64,000 bases of DNA from Botryllus schlosseri (Eukaryota): contig CM119372.1 in assembly GCA_051294905.1 (NCBI GenBank), positions 3,782,001 through 3,846,000 of the forward strand, given 5' to 3'. Each line of letters starts with the position of its first letter. Positions within the stretch are counted from its first letter, which is position 1. Made by a program: the position numbers and the translations under genes. The notes below the pieces were generated by a model. The model saw only the letters and a program-made list of their open reading frames with translations. It did not search any database and was not told where the DNA came from. This document shows positions 61,527 to 64,000 of the stretch, piece by piece.

Positions 61527-63181
61527 AACACTATAAGCCTTGTGCTAAAAAATAGTTATATCCGTTCAAGATTTCGTGTTTTTATCAATGTTCTCTTCTC
61601 AGTACGAACTGAGTTCTTTGCGATACACTGGGGTTTTATAGGGCGAACAGGAGATGACAAGAAGAAAAAAAGTCATCAAACTTCATGTTGCCCGTTCAGT
61701 AATGGGTTCAGGCTCATTATTTTGCGACAACGCACACGATACAAACATTGTCTTTCATTTAATCTTCAAATTTTTTAATTTATAGATCTACATATTTTCC
61801 GGAAGGCTATCTATATATAGATCCAGATCCCATGAACATATCGTACTATTTCGACGAAATCGAAACTTTAATCAGCTATATTTTAAGTCATGTAGTTCAC
61901 GATAGTCTGTTGCAGCAGTTACACAAGTTAAATTATTCATTTCTAATATGATCATTTCCACTAAAATTTGGAAACAAGTCATATCCAGTGGTAACCTGTA
62001 CAGAGCACGCTCGTTTAATTAATATCGACGACGTCTAACTCAGTGTTGTGAAACATAATTCATCCGATATCCCATGGGACTCTTGTAGATGTACACGTCC
62101 TGTTTAGTCTATTCACGGAAAGATTGAAATTATTATATATATAGTGGGAAACGCCGGGGATGATATGTACAATATTAGTAAACCGTAATGCAGCTACTCC
62201 CTTTACGTCATAGCACAACGCATTAGCAGTTCAGTTTTTCAAATATAAGTCCATGCATGCGTGCACGCCTTCGTGTGAAATCAGCGCACCCCAAAGTACA
62301 TCGTTCCATTGAGTCATACATCTTACGTATTTGTAGGCCTATATGAAAATGCATTTAATAGAAGAGAGAATGTTTCCAGAGATATAGTGCTCTTTCAGGT
62401 GTTACTATTTTGGACATGATTAGCCCACTGTTTATTGCACAATCAGGTTTTATGCTGTGTTAGGCTTCAATTACAACCAAACAAAAATCAATCACGGATT
62501 TCCAATCGATCGACATAAATACGTAGCTCCGATGGTAGCGTTGTTAAATCAAACCATATGCTTGTGCCAATGGAACAGATTGTTTTTAACGCCCTGAATT
62601 TCATATATGTCTCTATCCTTATACCAGTATCTTGTTAGGTATGAATTTACATCAAAGTAATTCCCACACCAACTTCCTTATCTCTCCAATTCCTCAAATT
62701 GGTTTTGGAGCATCATATCAAGATCAACACTACCTCAAAACGTCCCGCAATACTTCAGCAGTATACTGCAACTGCAACACAGTATACTGTGACGTCAGAA
62801 TATTCTCGCATCTGCTTTGGTCGTCTGTGGACGTAGTGTTGACTGTCAATAAACTGCATCTAAGCATGAGTCATGATGACCCATAAAAATATGGTATTTT
62901 CAATTTGGAGTGTGCTAATGGCTTTGCTCTGTAAGCTATTATACAGTATATTTAATAATAAATCAAATCCCATTTAGTTAATATAATTAACGCTGAGATC
63001 CCAGTGCTTTCAATGCCCTCAATTTGGATTACATAATAAAAACACGTAGTATATGCAGCTTGTCATAAAAATTTGTGACGCGGTGAACATCACAAATATC
63101 TCGGAACAATTTTATCGAGCAAGAAAAGTGGAGATTGTTGTTCGACTCATGAAAATGTGTATGTAGCGTGTTAGTAATCAC

Positions 63182-63637
63182 TAGGGCAAGTTTTTGCAGC
63201 TTTTGCAACTTTTTTACAGCTTCCAGCAGCTTCCTAAATACTCGGAAGATATGTAGAATTCTGTTTTAAGCTGTTTGAAGGAATCTTATATTGCAACTTT
63301 TTGCAACTTTTGTCCATTTATTTTCATGCAACTTTTTCGATTTTTCATGAGTGTATTTTCGATTTTGGTGAAATTCACGGCCAAATTCGATTGCAATACC
63401 GTAAATTAGCACTGAAGTAACGTTCTTACGGGTATTTCGGGAGCTGAGCCGGAAAGTTGACATTTTTTTAGTCAATCAGGAGTGGAACTGGGAAGTTGAC
63501 CTTTTTTTTAGTCAGCCGAGCAAAATGTGATCTTTTAGTGCAACATTGGTGAAAAACTAAATGCAACTTTTTATGCAACTTTTGTCACAAATAAATGTAA
63601 CTTTCCACGGATTTAACTGCAACAAAAACTTGCCCTA
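63182..63637. mobile_element. hAT-type MITE upstream of GnRH
   Basis: TIR TAGGGCAAGTTTTTG / CAAAAACTTGCCCTA; perfect TSD GTAATCAC (63174-63181, 63638-63645). Confidence 0.85.
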
Positions 63638-64000
63638 GTAATCACTCTACAGGGCGTACACAAACCGGTATGTCCGCTTCCGCTATACGTAGTATCGCCG
63701 TGTGTCGCAAGACCCATCAATAAATTTATCACAAATTTCTTTTTGTACTGTTCGTTATGTCCGGAATGATTTAGAACTGGTGCGGCCGTCACTACATACA
63801 TGAGTCTTATGGAAAGAGTATTCCAACACTTGATACATCGTCGTGCCGCAATAATAGAAATAGTTACAATTTCGTGTATTTAACTGCCTTTTCGAGGCAA
63901 CTTACGATTGATAAAATACAATAGAATGATAGATGAATGAAATACTAATCCATGATTTGTATATTAATATAATGTAACTCCTCCCGATCATTGTTAAATA

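Noticed and set aside
1-64000. CRISPR-like repeat-spacer arrays or prokaryotic operons
   Set aside because: All periodic sequences are degenerate tandem or subterminal transposon repeats without unique spacers, and the genes are spliceosomal.

Overview
Eukaryotic, AT-rich, transposon-dense DNA, most consistent with a tunicate (ascidian): 55-65 nt GT-AG introns and a KR-flanked GnRH. No CRISPR, rRNA or true tRNA genes were seen. I reconstructed four spliced genes by hand, all on the minus strand and all with consistent splice phases: (1) an AQP8-like aquaporin (27161-31169, 6 exons, 280 aa) whose two NPA boxes are SPA and SPS; (2) pelota (38328-49689, 10 exons, 384 aa); (3) a TMUB1/2-like gene (50710-54112, 6 exons, 279 aa); (4) a GnRH precursor (58507-61526, 3 exons, 225 aa) encoding the unusual decapeptide QHWTATLRPG-GKR. 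One unidentified coding exon lies at 6971-7562. An intact hAT-superfamily transposon (775-aa transposase, 144-bp TIRs) sits inside a larger non-autonomous hAT element, which itself splits an older repeat. More than a dozen hAT-type MITEs or deletion derivatives carry 8-bp TSDs, and two tRNA-derived SINE families are present. A 5'-truncated Penelope-like retroelement (GIY-YIG C-terminus, absent from the ORF track) is followed by a minimal type I hammerhead ribozyme, and the same ~165-bp unit is dispersed as solo copies, with one intact core at 949-982. All homologies are from visual recognition; no database searches were run.
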